Part shown: positions 24,068 to 36,915 of the stretch, piece after piece
Numbering within the stretch: position 1 is the stretch's first letter
How the letters are laid out: each line of letters opens with the position of its first letter
NCBI RefSeq assembly: GCF_018350175.1
Contig: NC_058368.1
Coordinates: 77,068,001-77,132,000 of the forward strand
From: Felis catus
Lineage: Eukaryota
Length of the DNA: 64,000 bases
Direction of reading: 5' to 3'
The notes under the pieces: generated by a model
What the model was told of the DNA's origin: nothing
What the model saw: only the letters and a program-made list of their open reading frames with translations
The model's database searches: none
Program-made: the position numbers and the translations under genes

Positions 24068-26730
24068 AAATGCCATTTTCAAGTGGCAAAAGAAACAGGG
24101 CAACATAAAGAAAAAAATTAAGAGATGTGTAGGCACAACACCCATGGCCAGAATTGTTCCTACCCAAACACAGTTCTTACGTATGAAGAATCTGCAGAAT
24201 TACCTCGGTTCTCCACTTTGCTTTCTTCCAACAGGGCTTTCTTTTTGTCCTGCCTCTTGTTGGTTGTGGTTTTTTCTTTAATCCCTCTTTTCTCTCCGCT
24301 GGTGCTAACAACTGTAGGTAATTTCACATCGGTCCCTCAGATACGTCCATCATTGCTCCCCAGACCACGGTTGGCCAATCTTGTAACACATAGGGGAGAA
24401 TGCGCTCACTGCCTTCTGTAGTGCTGTGCTTAAACATCTTCGTTAGCTTGCTAGAAGAGGGAGCCTCTGGTATTGGCATCCATTGTCACTCCTCCTGCGT
24501 TCTAATCAAAATGGAGGCTTGCTCTCTGCCCGTGTGTTTATATCATAAGGCTCTTATGGGCTGATGTCCTCTTGGTGAATTTTATGTAGCAGCTAACTCC
24601 TAGGGACTCCCAGGATATCGATTATTTTATTTTAATATCACTGGTGAGCAAGACTCACGGTGCTTAACATTTTTCTTAGGCCGCTCTAAGTGAACTCTAA
24701 GCCACGCATTTATTAGCTCCTTGCGGGAAGCTGGAAAACATCCTTTGCGTAAAATCACCTTTTCCGCACATCCACGCACCCTGTTTGTTCTTCGGATTTT
24801 TGCAGCAATACAACAGTTTTCAATTTCGGTGATGGCGCTGTTTGACCCAGTTCTTCGTTGATTTGAAAACAGCGAATTAGAAAGAGGGTTTGCCAAATCA
24901 GAACCGTTCACACCTCCCATTAGAAATCTCATTTAGGAAAAGTTTAAAATGTTTGAAAAAGATTTATGCCGTCATAATGGAAAAGATTTGACAGCAAAGT
25001 ATGCATTTAAAGCAAAAGAGGTGAGAAAGTTTTAGAAGTGGGAACATCTGAGAAATAGGCATAAATAGCGTCATTCTGGGAAGGCTATGTCACAAGAGAC
25101 CACCAAGGAGCTTGTGTTGACATTGCTTTGATATTCGGTTCCATTCAGAGAAGAGGAAGTCTTACAGGGGTGTGGTGTAGGGTGGCTACACTTCCTATGC
25201 GCTGCACCTTACCATTTTGTCACCCAACAATTTGTTCTTCCCTACCACCTCTGTGTTTTGTTTTTGTTTTTGTCACCACAGCTGAGTTTATTTTCCTTAT
25301 TGACTTCTTGGTATCATTCTTCTCCAAATGGATTATTTTTCATTCATCACGGATGGATTTCAGCTTCTTAGCTTGGCTAGCGAGACACCTCACGTTGGAG
25401 ACACACAGTGAGGAGCTTTGAACTACCCGAGGGGAGCTGTGGTGGTCTCTCCCCAAGTGTAACTTTTCTCCAGTTTCCTAGCATTATTATTTTTTTCTTA
25501 TCGCTCGTGTGGTCCGTTTTTGCGTGAACAACCGTACTCCTCTTCCAGTACAAGCTTTGCCTAGAGCTCTTACTGCATTTCTCGAATGCAGTCGCCTGCC
25601 AATGACATGATGCTAGGCCATGTGACACTAGAGCCACATTAAGGAAGGTTGAGTAGCTTGGAAGGAAAAGAGCTCAAGTTAGCTCGACTTTCCTGAAACA
25701 CAAGAAACACAGATCTTCCAGAGGGAGACTCAGGAGCAGGAAAATTGTAGGCAACACATGCCTTCCATCCTAGAGAAGTTAAAACCTAGGAGATGTTTGT
25801 CTGGGGGCAGTTTTACGGAGGTGATTCAAGCATCAGAGCTGAACCTTGATTGGCACGCTCTGGAAGCCTCCTTTTACCTGATTTAAGTCGCCCTGGGTTT
25901 AGATGTAAAGACTGATGGTTCGCCATCGGTGTTCCAGAGTGTTGGCTGGCGGGGCAGTCGTAACCTCTGAAATCCCAGTGACCATTTCTCTTACGTCCTT
26001 TAAAATATGTAACTAATTATCAAGTGCAGCTATGTTTGGAAGTAAAAATGACATTGAGGGGGAAAAGGCAGATGACCTACAAGAAGGAGGTAAATTTAGG
26101 TAACGCATATACGTCGCATTTCTCTGTCGACTTACTGGTGTGATGACCTATTTGTACGTGGTTGTGGTGCATTCCTACGGGAAAAGTGAATGGCTGCACA
26201 GTCCTGCTGAAACTCAGCTCCCAGGGCAGACACCTGGGTCTGTGTAGACTGGTTTCTTTGTTTCAAAAGGTTGAACTAAGGTTGGACCAGTGAAGGCATT
26301 GCTTCTTCTTAATTGGTCCCGATCTGAATATAATCTGGCTTCAGTTCATCTTTCTAATGTTTCATAAACAAATGGACAATAATTATTTTTACTCTGTGGC
26401 TGTAAGCTTTCATGACAAAGATAAGGGTACGTACAATATAAAATAATGGCACCAAAAAAAAAAAGACTATTGGAGTAAGTTATCAATGTGACTAGGTATA
26501 TAATCGTGACAAGTTCACTTTTCAAGATAGCCCTCTCTTACATCCAATACAGAAATGGAGTTAGAAGGATGGCCATCTGCTCTGTGAAATCTGGTTGGAA
26601 GAGAAAAAAATGTGCTTAATTAAAATGTTTCTGTTATGATTCTGTGTAAATATCCAGATCAGACCTGTGTCAGAATCTTTCATTGACATGGTATCTTCCA
26701 TGCTTCCTTGGATTAACTGGAACACATTCT

Positions 26731-26951
26731 TTTTTTTTAATTTATTTTTATTTTTTTAAATGTTTGTTTATTTTGAGAGAGAGAGAGCAAGAGGGAAGGG
26801 GCAGAGAGAGAGGGAGACACAGAATCCGAAACAGGCTCCAGGCTCGGAGCTGTCAGCACAGAGCCCGAAGCGGGGCTTGAACCCACGAACCGTGAGACTG
26901 TGACCTGAGCCAAAGTCAGACACTCAACCAACTGAGCCACCCAGGCGCCTC
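26731..26951 (-). mobile_element. CAN-SINE
   Basis: TSD ct(g/a)gaacacattct. Confidence 0.95.
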
Positions 26952-27496
26952 ATCTAGAACACATTCTCTGCTCCAACTCAATCACCAAAATATAATTTTA
27001 ACAACGTAGAAGGAGAACATAAGGAATTAGATGGGTTGCAGCTACCCAGACTTTCCTGATCTTATTGAAGCTTTATAGACATACCTTTAATGTTTTTAAT
27101 TGAAAAACCACTGCCGTTTTGCATATTTGGATATTGAGGTTTTGGAAAAGAGTAACTACCAAGTCCAGCAGATATTTTTAAGCATTTTTGTCATGTAAGA
27201 AAAAGGATTTTTTTCCTTTAATCAGCATATCTCACGAAGTCAGCAAAAGGTCTTTCTATAAGGGCATCAGAACCGCTAAAGCTAAAGCGATAAAAGTGAA
27301 AAAGAAACCAGTGGGAAACAAATCAGAAGGGTCATTCGCTGTGTGAAATAAATGATTCCCTGGGTAAAAGTAGCCAGATAGTGAAATGGGCAGGAACGAG
27401 AAGTTCATGTGACCGATGTAACTCTCAACCAACCTGTGTAATTCTCCCGTAGAACTTCCTAAGAGGATATTGCTCTAAGTGTGAGCAGCCTAAGGG

Positions 27497-27506
27497 GTGT
27501 GCGTGC

Positions 27507-27545
<39 letters not shown>

Positions 27546-27557
27546 ACGCGTGTGTGT
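27497..27557. repeat. (TGCG)n(TG)n microsatellite
   Basis: Seen directly. Confidence 0.9.
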
Positions 27558-28003
27558 CCCTGACGCTGGCTCTGCGGCTTCCCCGTACGGCAAGCGTGGA
27601 CATTGATGCTGGTTTCTCAGTGGGGAGCGTGACACCAGTCACCACTGACCTTCCCAGATGTCTGTGAACTGGGCTTCCCTTGTTTCTCCCTGCCTAAGTC
27701 TGGGAGGATGATGGACAGTGAGGCAGTTTGCTGTGATCAGATTCCACCAATCTGGTGTGAGGTGGGACGTTGAATGAACGGACAGGCATTTCATTTCATT
27801 GTTGTAAAAAGTTGAAAAGTGAAAGACTGTTGTAAGTTTTGACTTTTTCCTCCTGAAGGATATTTAAGACCTTTGGTCTGAGTGATCCCAAGAGATTTAC
27901 TGCCTTGGGCTTTGTTACAAATTCACCCACTGGTGCTCCTTTGCTATCTTCTCAAAACTCCAAAGGAATTTTCAGCTCCTAGTTCAGGTTCAACCAGGGT
28001 TCC

Positions 28004-28038
<35 letters not shown>

Positions 28039-28639
28039 AAATCCTGCAACCAATCTGTTGACAATTAAAAATATGCTGTTTATTAACCAGTCCTCTTTAG
28101 TTCTACTTAACAATTTACAAAAAAAGTTTGCGGCATATTAAATGTTAAAGCATATCTAAAACAGAGCGATTAAAGTACAAAGAGAACAAAAAAAGTGACA
28201 AAGGTAAGTGAATCATATCTTAATACTGTTGACAGCGAATTTAGCCTCGAGTTTCTAGAAAGTGTATTTTCAGGAGAGCATTAGATTGTACTAGATTAGA
28301 GTAGAGTTGGTCTTTGTCAGATGAAAGGCTAAAACTAAACAAAACAAAACAAAAAACAAACAAAAACCCACTAACCAACCAACGAAACAAACAAAAAAAC
28401 GACCCACAAGAAACACACACAACCAAGTAGTGAAACATATTTTAGTTGACCTACTTCTACGAAGAATGCTTCCTATATGAATTCTAACAAAAACGGATAG
28501 CTTATATTCTGCAGGATCATTTTTGACTATGGTTTTGCAGGAGAATTTCCTGCCTAGGTCAAACCCTATGATGACCCACTCTTAAAGCATCATGTTTTCA
28601 TCCTTCAAAGTACTTAGAGTTGTAACTTGTATGCGATTA

Positions 28640-28775
28640 TTCTCTGTATCTTGCGCTCATTGAATGTAAGTTTGATGAGAGTAGAGGCCAAATACACTTC
28701 TGTTCAACACTGAATTTCGGACACAGGGCTGGTGTAAGGAAGCCCTCAGGAAAAGGTTTGTTGCAGGAGTGAAGT
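28640..28775 (+). mobile_element. L2 3' end relic
   Basis: gaatgtaagtttgatgagagtagag...tgttcaacactgaa...ttgttgcaggagtgaa. Confidence 0.55.
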
Positions 28776-29189
28776 TTTCTAATGAAAGCCTTTTATACCA
28801 TCCCTTCCCACCTCAGGAAATTGCACTAAATTTCAACCTGTGTGAAGAATTTTCTCTAAGAGAGAGAGGATAATATAATCTAGTGGTTTGGGTTTTGATG
28901 ATAGCATTATTCAGGAATATGGCTTAGAAAATCCACAAGAATGGACACATCACACGCCCCTTAGATTGTCCCTTCAATTACCAGGTGTCTCTGGTAAGTT
29001 TCGGCAGCTCCTGGCCCATGGGAATTTATAGTTACATTTTCTGAAGATAAAATGCTTGAACTGTAACTCGTTGAAGAAAAAGAAAATCGGTACCGACATG
29101 AAAATGGAAGAATGCACTTTTTTTTTTCTGTAAGTATTCAGAGGTCGGGACTGCACGCTTGCCTGGATGGAGAGCCGTGTCCCTTCCCT

Positions 29190-29410
29190 GGAGGACAGTG
29201 TGGCACACTGAAATGGGATGGCACTTCCGGGTCACTCAATGCTAAGTTCAAGTTCCACCCTGCCACTTCATCTGTGAGGCGTCGGGCAGAATTTCCCGCC
29301 TAAGACCCAGATTTGTTCGTTGTAAGTGATCCCTGAAACGTCTCGGAATTGTTGTAGAGATATGTGATAATGAATGAGAAGTCTCCAGCACGTGGTGGGG
29401 TAATAAATAG
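29190..29410 (+). mobile_element. MIR
   Basis: gttcaagttccaccctgccactt...tgtgag...gggcag...gttgtagagatatgtgataatg. Confidence 0.6.
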
Positions 29411-31764
29411 AATTTGTGTTTTTTTAATGAATGTTCTTTCGGAGATCATCTAGGTAATCTCACTGACTAACACCCTTCAGCTTCACCAAAGGTACAACGA
29501 ATGCATCTGGAACCAAGAGGACTTCTGGGGTCAATAATGTGCTAATGATAGTTTCCAGAAGTTTCCACAATACTGTCACATAGTAGAGCTCAATCGATAG
29601 TTGCTAAATTAAGAGTGAATGAGTAAATCAATAAATCCGGACCTGCAAATCTCTTGATTTTCCTTCCCTGTGGCTGGAATAAAACCCCAGGGCCAACAAA
29701 CGAAGTTCATTTAACCTTTACATTATTTTGCTCCATCTCTGGGCTTAAATCTTGAGATCTGGGTTTTTGAATGGTCTGGAAGGTTAGTGAATTTACAAGT
29801 GTTTTAAAAGCCAAATGTATCTCATCTCTTTTTTTTGCCGACGTATAGCACATCTTAAAACAGTCTCTCTCTGTGATGAGGCTAGAATAACACACCATCA
29901 GGTTTATTTGCCTGCAAATTGAGTATTTTAATGGAAAGAAAAATATTATTTATTTTTACAACATATTTTCTGGTAAATCTTTCTATTCCTGGAAGCTAGC
30001 AGGCATTCAGTGAACCTGGTGACTAAATGAATGAGGCCCTTCTATTTTACTTCTCTTAGAACCAACCTTCATTGTGTTAGAGCCTAGGTGTCCCTTACTG
30101 CATACTTCCTTCAGTGAGTAACACTGGAATATTCAAAATGTCCTTTATGAGGGGTCTATGTTTCATTGAGAAGTAAACAGTTCTCTTTTTGTTTGGAAAA
30201 CAGATTTAGATTTTAATAACCAGCACTCTCCCATCTGCTTCGGCTATGAATCGTACATACAATTTATCATCATGACAGGATGATGCCAGGTTAGAATCAC
30301 TGAGCAGGAACAGTGTCTGGAGTCCATTCCCTTCTGGAAAAGTCACTGGGTCCTTTCTCACTCCTTGCAGACCACTTAGGTGGTTTGGAGAGCCACACCG
30401 TGAGACAAAGGAGGGCAGGTACTCCAAACACGTTCAGAAGCAGTATGCCTATTTGAGAGAAAGATACAGCTAAGTGGAAAATAATGCAATTATTCCAGTA
30501 TAGCAATTCTTAAGTCTTCAAGCAATTACCCTAATAATCTGTAAGCAGCTCAAACAAAGGCAATGATCCAAGCTTCAGATATGAAAGGCTCGAAATAAAA
30601 AGATATGGGGGGGGGGTAAAAATGAGTGCGCCATTATTTGCAAATCTTTGAAAAGAAACAAGAGTGGATGAAAACACGTTGAGTTTTAGATCCCGACTGG
30701 ATAGTCCGTGAAAAAATAATAGATCCTGAGTAGGCTGTTCCTAAAAGAGTGACTTTGTACCTTTAAGAAGAGCGGGCTGGCGTGACCCAAGGACATCACA
30801 TCGGGTGTTTTGAAATTCTCCTCCAGACTGGAGAGTGCAGAAAACCATCCTGCTGTGCTCACACCTGCAGTTGTTACCATTTGCTTACTAATGGTGATAA
30901 AATATGGGATGCGCTGTTGCTTTTTTCTCAAAAAACAATCTACTTTGCCTAAATCTTGTAGAAGATTGTGAACACCACCGCGGAGACAAAGAAAAGCTGA
31001 CTAGCTCTTTCGTAGATGAATACAGTGGTTCTCAGTTTTGTGGAACAATTTCCCCGTCGATCTTGCAAGCGGGAATCTACTAGTAGAAGTCTGCTCCCCT
31101 CTGGGCATTCTACACGATTTGTACTTTTTAAGTCCAGTTTTGGACACGTCACGGCGCAGGATAAGACGCTGGGCGTCTGGTCACCGAACCCCTCCATTTC
31201 CCCTGAAAGTGTGACTGCCCCCCCCCCCCACAGCCTCCTGATAGGACGGCAAAGCCCAAACCCGGCTGTTGATGGCAGGCAGATCAGTGCGTGCACAGCT
31301 ACAGAGTGAGTCTCCCTGATTTGTAAACATGTCTCACAGACCTTTCTTGCCAACACTGTCTTGTCTCACTCCCTTTCGAACGAGAGCCAGAGCCCCAGAT
31401 GGAAAAGGCAGTGTGGCGCAGTGGTCAGCAGCTTGGTTCTGTAGTGGGCCCCAGTTTCAATCAGAGCCCTGCCTCTCGGGGTGAAGGGTCCTCCTCCAAT
31501 AGGAGGTGCCTCGTGGGGTTTGGGAGTGTTGATGGGGTGAGTGTGCGAAGAGCAGCCGGAACATACTACGTGGGCAGGATGAGTGTTGCCCTTGGGCTCT
31601 GGCGTGGGCCTCGTGCATCCTAGAGGAGACTCACAGAGGGGGAAACTGAGGCCCGGAGAAGGGAAGTGATTTGTTGCTGTCATGTTGGCCTAGCCAGGGT
31701 GGAGACCCAGGGCTCCCAGCTACTGTCCTGAGCTCTCTCTACTCTCACTGCTTCTCTTTCTTTA

Positions 31765-31985
31765 TTTTCTTTTTTTTTTTTTTAATGTTTATGTATTCAT
31801 TTTGAGAGAGAGAGAGAGAGTGTGCGTGTGGGGAAAAGGCAGAGAGAGAAGGAGAGAGAGAATCCCAAGCAGGCTCCACGCTGTCAGCATAGGGTCCGAC
31901 ACGGGGCTGGATCCCGTGACCCCTGAGATCACGACCTGAGCCAAAAGCAAGAGTCAGACACCGAATGAGCCACCCAGACGTCCCC
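31765..31985 (-). mobile_element. CAN-SINE (older type)
   Basis: SINE body with a poly-T tail. Confidence 0.92.
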
Positions 31986-32079
31986 TCTCTTTCTTTCTTT
32001 TTAAAGTATTAAACTTCCTCATTATTAATACAGAGAGCAAAATCTAATTTTCAAGGGGGCTTTTTAAAATCCCAGGACA

Positions 32080-32309
32080 GGGGTGCCTGGGTGGCGCAGT
32101 CGGTTAAGCGTCCGACTTCAGCCAGGTCACGATCTCGCGGTCCGTGAGTTCGAGCCCCGCGTCAGGCTCTGGGCTGATGGCTCAGAGCCTGGAGCCTGTT
32201 TCCGATTCTGTGTCTCCCTCTCTCTCTGCCCCTCCCCCGTTCATGCTCTGTCTCTCTCTGTCCCAAAAATAAATAAACGTTGGGGAAAAAAAATTAAAAA
32301 AAATAAAAT
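32080..32309 (+). mobile_element. Young felid CAN-SINE
   Basis: TSD aaaatcccaggaca. Confidence 0.96.
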
Positions 32310-32867
32310 AAAATCCCAGGACACACCCACATTAGCAAGATCTTATTTACTTTAAAGATAAAGTTTAGCAGGTAAGCCACTTTATATATTTTGTTTTCCA
32401 GCTACAGGTTGATATGGTCATTAAAGTCATTATCAAGATCTTCTGTAGTGAGATCTAGAGTCCGTGTGAACCATTAAATGCTACACGATGCCATAAGCAC
32501 TCCCGGTGAGCCGTCCTGGTAGAGAAGTCGCGAGAGAAAGCTTACTTTATCCCCGTCCACCTAAACGATGACATCTCATCATAAACGTCTGAGAAGCGTT
32601 CATCACACCGTAGGAGCTGAGAAATGGGATGGCAAGGATATTTAAGGAATAGCGGCTTTAAAAGGAGACACTTGGCGTTTCTTAGATTTCAGCGTCATAC
32701 ATTTTCTTCTGTTGTCACAACAGTAAGAAAAGGATTTCAACCATATAGAAATAACAGACACTGCTTATGGTACCTAAAATGTCTCCGTAAAAGTGACTTC
32801 GCATCTAAGAAGCCCGACCTCGAGGATTTATGCTGAATCTGACCTTGCAATGACAGCAAACTCTATC

Positions 32868-33083
32868 TTTTAATTTTTTTTTTTAACGCTTATTCATTTT
32901 TGAGAGACGGAGAGAGACAGAGCATGAGTAGGGGTGGGGCAGAGAGAGAAGGAGACACAGAATCTGAAGCAGGCTCCAGGCTCCGAACTGTCAGCACAGA
33001 GCCCGAACAGGGCTCCAACCCACGAACTGTGAGACATGACCTGAGCTGAAGTCAACTGCTTAACACACTGAGCCACCCAGGCT
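32868..33083 (-). mobile_element. CAN-SINE
   Basis: TSD gcaatgacagcaaactct. Confidence 0.95.
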
Positions 33084-35042
33084 CAGTGTCGCAATGACAG
33101 CAAACTCTTTAAGGACTATTTTAGTTACAGGAGCTATATTCACTCCAATATTTGTATGATGTTTGGTAGTTTTTATTAGCAGATACAAAATCTTATTTTC
33201 TATTTCCTGGCTGCATCAAAATGAATAAAATATTCTTAGGTTACATCCATGAATGATTATTTCCTATAATCATACTTTCTTTTAGACGCTTTTCCTATAT
33301 TTTTCCACAGAATGGTAAACATGCACACTTAATCCAGGCAGCTGCAAGTTAGCATGGAAAAAATGTTCTATGCATTTGCTACGTAGATGTTTATCTCCCC
33401 TTCCACGCCCAGTCAGGATAGAAAAAAGAAATTACAATAAATCTACCCATTTCTAATAACTTCCTCCTACAATTGCTCTGCTGGATTACATTGTTTCTTT
33501 CCACTGACGAGAAAAACCGGCTGAATAAGTCAAGGTGGGTCTCTGAACGTGGGTGTGCAATCCCCAGAGGGGAGTGTGTGTTAGACTTTGTACACAGAGG
33601 CCAGACTGGTGGGAAATTGGAAATTAGATTTATGAGAAACTGATGTTGATTCTTAACTGTTCTCAATTTACAGTCCATTGTTTTCAGGGAGTATCTGTTT
33701 CTCGCAGGCGGAGGAGAGAATCCAAACTGAGGTTCTGTAGAGAGGTGGGAAGCCCTAGGCTGGCATGATTTCAAGACGCGCGCTCCAGTGCGGGATTCGT
33801 AGGCACAGGGTTGAGACTGGCCTCTTTCCACCGTGGCACAGAGGGACGTTGTCAGACCTTTCGGAAGCCAAGGGGGTAGCGACTGGGCAAATGTTTCAGG
33901 ACGCCGGAGCTACAAGGAAAAACTAACAGCTGGGTCTGAGTAAAACGGTCCTCCCCCAGCCTTCTGGTGGTTTCTAGGTACCAGAGGGAAGGCCCATAAC
34001 AGAGTTATTGTGTTTCTCTAACCCAGGGAAGGAAATCCAACACTCTCTGGCATTCACCCTCTGAACAGGCTTCATTTTATTCCCAGGGAAACACACTGAA
34101 ATTTCAGCATAGGCAAGATGACTGTTTCTGATGCAGAAGCATCGAGAATCTCCCTAAGAGAGCGTAACTCTTCATCAGGGTTGTTTATCCACACCGGGAG
34201 CCGCCGAGGGCCATGCTGCTCTCTTGGTGCCATTTGGTCTGCTCTGACGCCTTTCTGGACAGGAAGTCCTTAAGATTAAAGATTGTATTTTTATGGGCTC
34301 ATGCCTGCCTTCCCCAGGCTGTGAACTGAAAAGAAAGAACCGGAAGCCAGATTCTAGAAAGCATATTTACAATCACTTGCGTGCGGGTCAGGATGAAAAA
34401 TAGGAGGAAATCAAGGTGGGGTAACAGAAGGAAGAAGCGCTAAGAAGAAACCAGCAAAGCGGTTGGAAAATTGGAAATAAAAGTATTTCTGTGTTGACGG
34501 AGAACCTTCCCCCTTGAGGTCTGTATTCCATTTATAATTAAAAGGAACTTGATAAAGAACGTAGGATAGATCTCGAGACACCGCCAGGCTTCGTAAGAGA
34601 TCGCATCTCACTCTCTGTCACAAAGGACCTTTTATGTGGCCCCAAAACAATATCTCGGCAAGTGGAAGCAAGGAACTGTTTGAAGAAAATAAAACTTCAC
34701 GTGAGCATAGCAGTGAGGGGGCCATTTATTCTCGTTCAATTGCCTTTACGTTAGGGCTCATGCTACAGGTGTTTAAATGGAACACATTTTGAAAACCTAG
34801 TGTCTTCAGACAAATCCAGTAGGAGACTTACGGTCCTGCACCTCATGGGTGTGACACTTGGGTTTGTATTTTCACACATCCGGTCACGGTAAGCACGTCG
34901 TGGCATTGTAATAGCATATGGGGTACCGCGTGCGATTCAATCATGCTTAAAAAAATGCTTTAGCTTCTCAGCAGAAATAGTTGTTACTACAATAGGCAAT
35001 TCGTATTTATTGCCCAGGCACGTCGTTTTTGTAATTTTGTTT

Positions 35043-35265
35043 TTAAATTTTTTTTTTAACATTTTATTTTATTTTTTGAGAGACAGAGAGACAGAGCATG
35101 AGCAGGGAAGGGTCAGAGAGAGAGAGGGAGACACAGAATCTAAAGCAGGCTCTAGGCTCTGAGCTGTCAGCACAGAGCCCCATGGGGGGCTTGAAACCGG
35201 GAGCTGTGAGATCATGACCTGAGCCAAAGTCAGATGCTTGACCAACTGAGCCACCCAGGCGCCCC
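35043..35265 (-). mobile_element. CAN-SINE (no TSD visible)
   Basis: Full body and head. Confidence 0.93.
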
Positions 35266-36158
35266 TGGTTGCAGCGGATTTAAATGGGAAATTGCTGTGG
35301 TGCTGACGCTTTGGGCTCCACAGCGTGGCTGTAGGTGTCGGCGCGGGAGGCAGTTAGGCATCGAGGGCAATGCGTTCGCCGGCCTTCCCTTGGAGTAAAG
35401 TCCTTCGCACTGTCCGCCTGGTATTTCTGCCTGAAGCTCTTCTGTTGTAGACCCCTCTCCCAATACTCTCCTATTAGCAGGCATCAGACCACTCAAGTCA
35501 TTTGGGACTGTGCACTATGGTAAAAAAAAAAAAAAAAAAAAAAAAGTCTAAATAGTTGTCTTAGAGGTTCCCGTTGGATCATGTGTGTTTCTCAGACACA
35601 GGAGATTATTTTTATCCATTTCAGGTGCACGGCTTCAATTCTGTAATACGAAAATAGATCGTCCTTGTGCAGATTTCCTCGGACACCCTGAAGGCAGCTT
35701 CCTTCCAGCTTGTAAAAGCCAATTTCGCACTTATCTGACAGGACTAAATATGCCTGCTTTCCTGTTATTTTCCTCCTTTTTGTCTTTATATAGATAATAT
35801 TTTGTAAACAAAAGGTGGACGTTTTCTGCCAGGGACTGAGAAATCCAGTTGGTTGGGACCAGGAGATGTGGCCGTGGGATGGTGGGTGTGCACAGCACTG
35901 GCTCCCTGACCCTGTGCTCTGCAGGTTGGTGCTCTCTGGGCCCAGGTGGACCCACTGCTGGACGAGCCTTTGTCTTGATACATCCAAGGAAAGGAAGGTC
36001 CTCGCCGTTCACGCACGTATCTGCGGAAATGTGAATGGGGTCCACGGCGAGTTACAAATCCCGGAGCTTTTTGGAGCCTCATCCGTGAATGTTCTTCCTA
36101 TCATCCTCTGTGTCCGCTGATGGGGAAGAACATGGATGCGGGAATTGAAGGAATAGTT

Positions 36159-36515
36159 CTCCTTACGGATATTTTCTATTCTTTCTTATGCCCCTTTGTG
36201 TATACTTTCTCTTCCTTTCAATTTTTTTTAATGTTTATTTTTGAGAGAGAAAGATAAAGTGTAAACGGGGGCTGAGAGAGATTGGGAGAGACAGAATCCG
36301 AAGCAGGTTCCAGGCTCCGAGCTGTCAGCACAGAGCCCTTCGCGGGGCTCGAACTCACGAACTGCGAGATCATGACCCGAACCGAAGTCGGATGCTTAAC
36401 TGACTGGGCCACCCGGGCGCCCATCCTTGTGTATGCTTTCTATTCTTCCTTAATCTCCTCATGTATGCTTTCTGTTTTCCCTCTCATCTCCTTATGTATA
36501 CTTTGTATTTTACAT
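36159..36515. repeat. Decayed ~32-33-bp minisatellite split by a SINE
   Basis: Units resembling ctccttatgtatgctttctattcttccttaat occur on both sides of the SINE. Confidence 0.6.
36216..36422 (-). mobile_element. CAN-SINE
   Basis: Body and head; TSD approximately ttgtgtat(a/g)ctttc. Confidence 0.94.
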
Positions 36516-36796
36516 CGCAGTTTTTTTTTTTCCTTTGAGAAAGAGAAAACAAGTGATCGCTTGTTACCTTTAGTGCCTTCCCCATGATTCTTCTGCAAAG
36601 CCAAGCTCATTAGCAGACTGGTGACAGGCACAGGAAGCAAGCAAAGCGCCTGGCAGGCTAGGCCCTGATGACCACTCCTTCCGCGAAATCTGTCACCGCG
36701 TTAACTGAGTTCTCACAGGTATCGATATGTGTATGTATGTGGTGTGCCAGGAAACTGTGAATCTACACCCAGGATCTTAGACTGTTGCCAGGGCCA

Positions 36797-36915
36797 CAAA
36801 AAAAAAAAAAAAAAAAAAAAAAAGCCACCAAAAAACAACAACAAGAAAAAAAAAAACCAAACACGCACAACAACCCAAAAAAAACCTAAAAAACAAAACA
36901 AAACAAACAAAAAGA
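36797..36915. repeat. A/C-rich low-complexity tract
   Basis: poly-A, (CAA)n and (CAAAA)n, seen directly. Confidence 0.9.

Noticed and set aside
28008..28035. Isolated poly-A runs (also ~18625 and ~35522)
   Set aside because: No TSD or upstream retrocopy body seen; treated as simple homopolymers.
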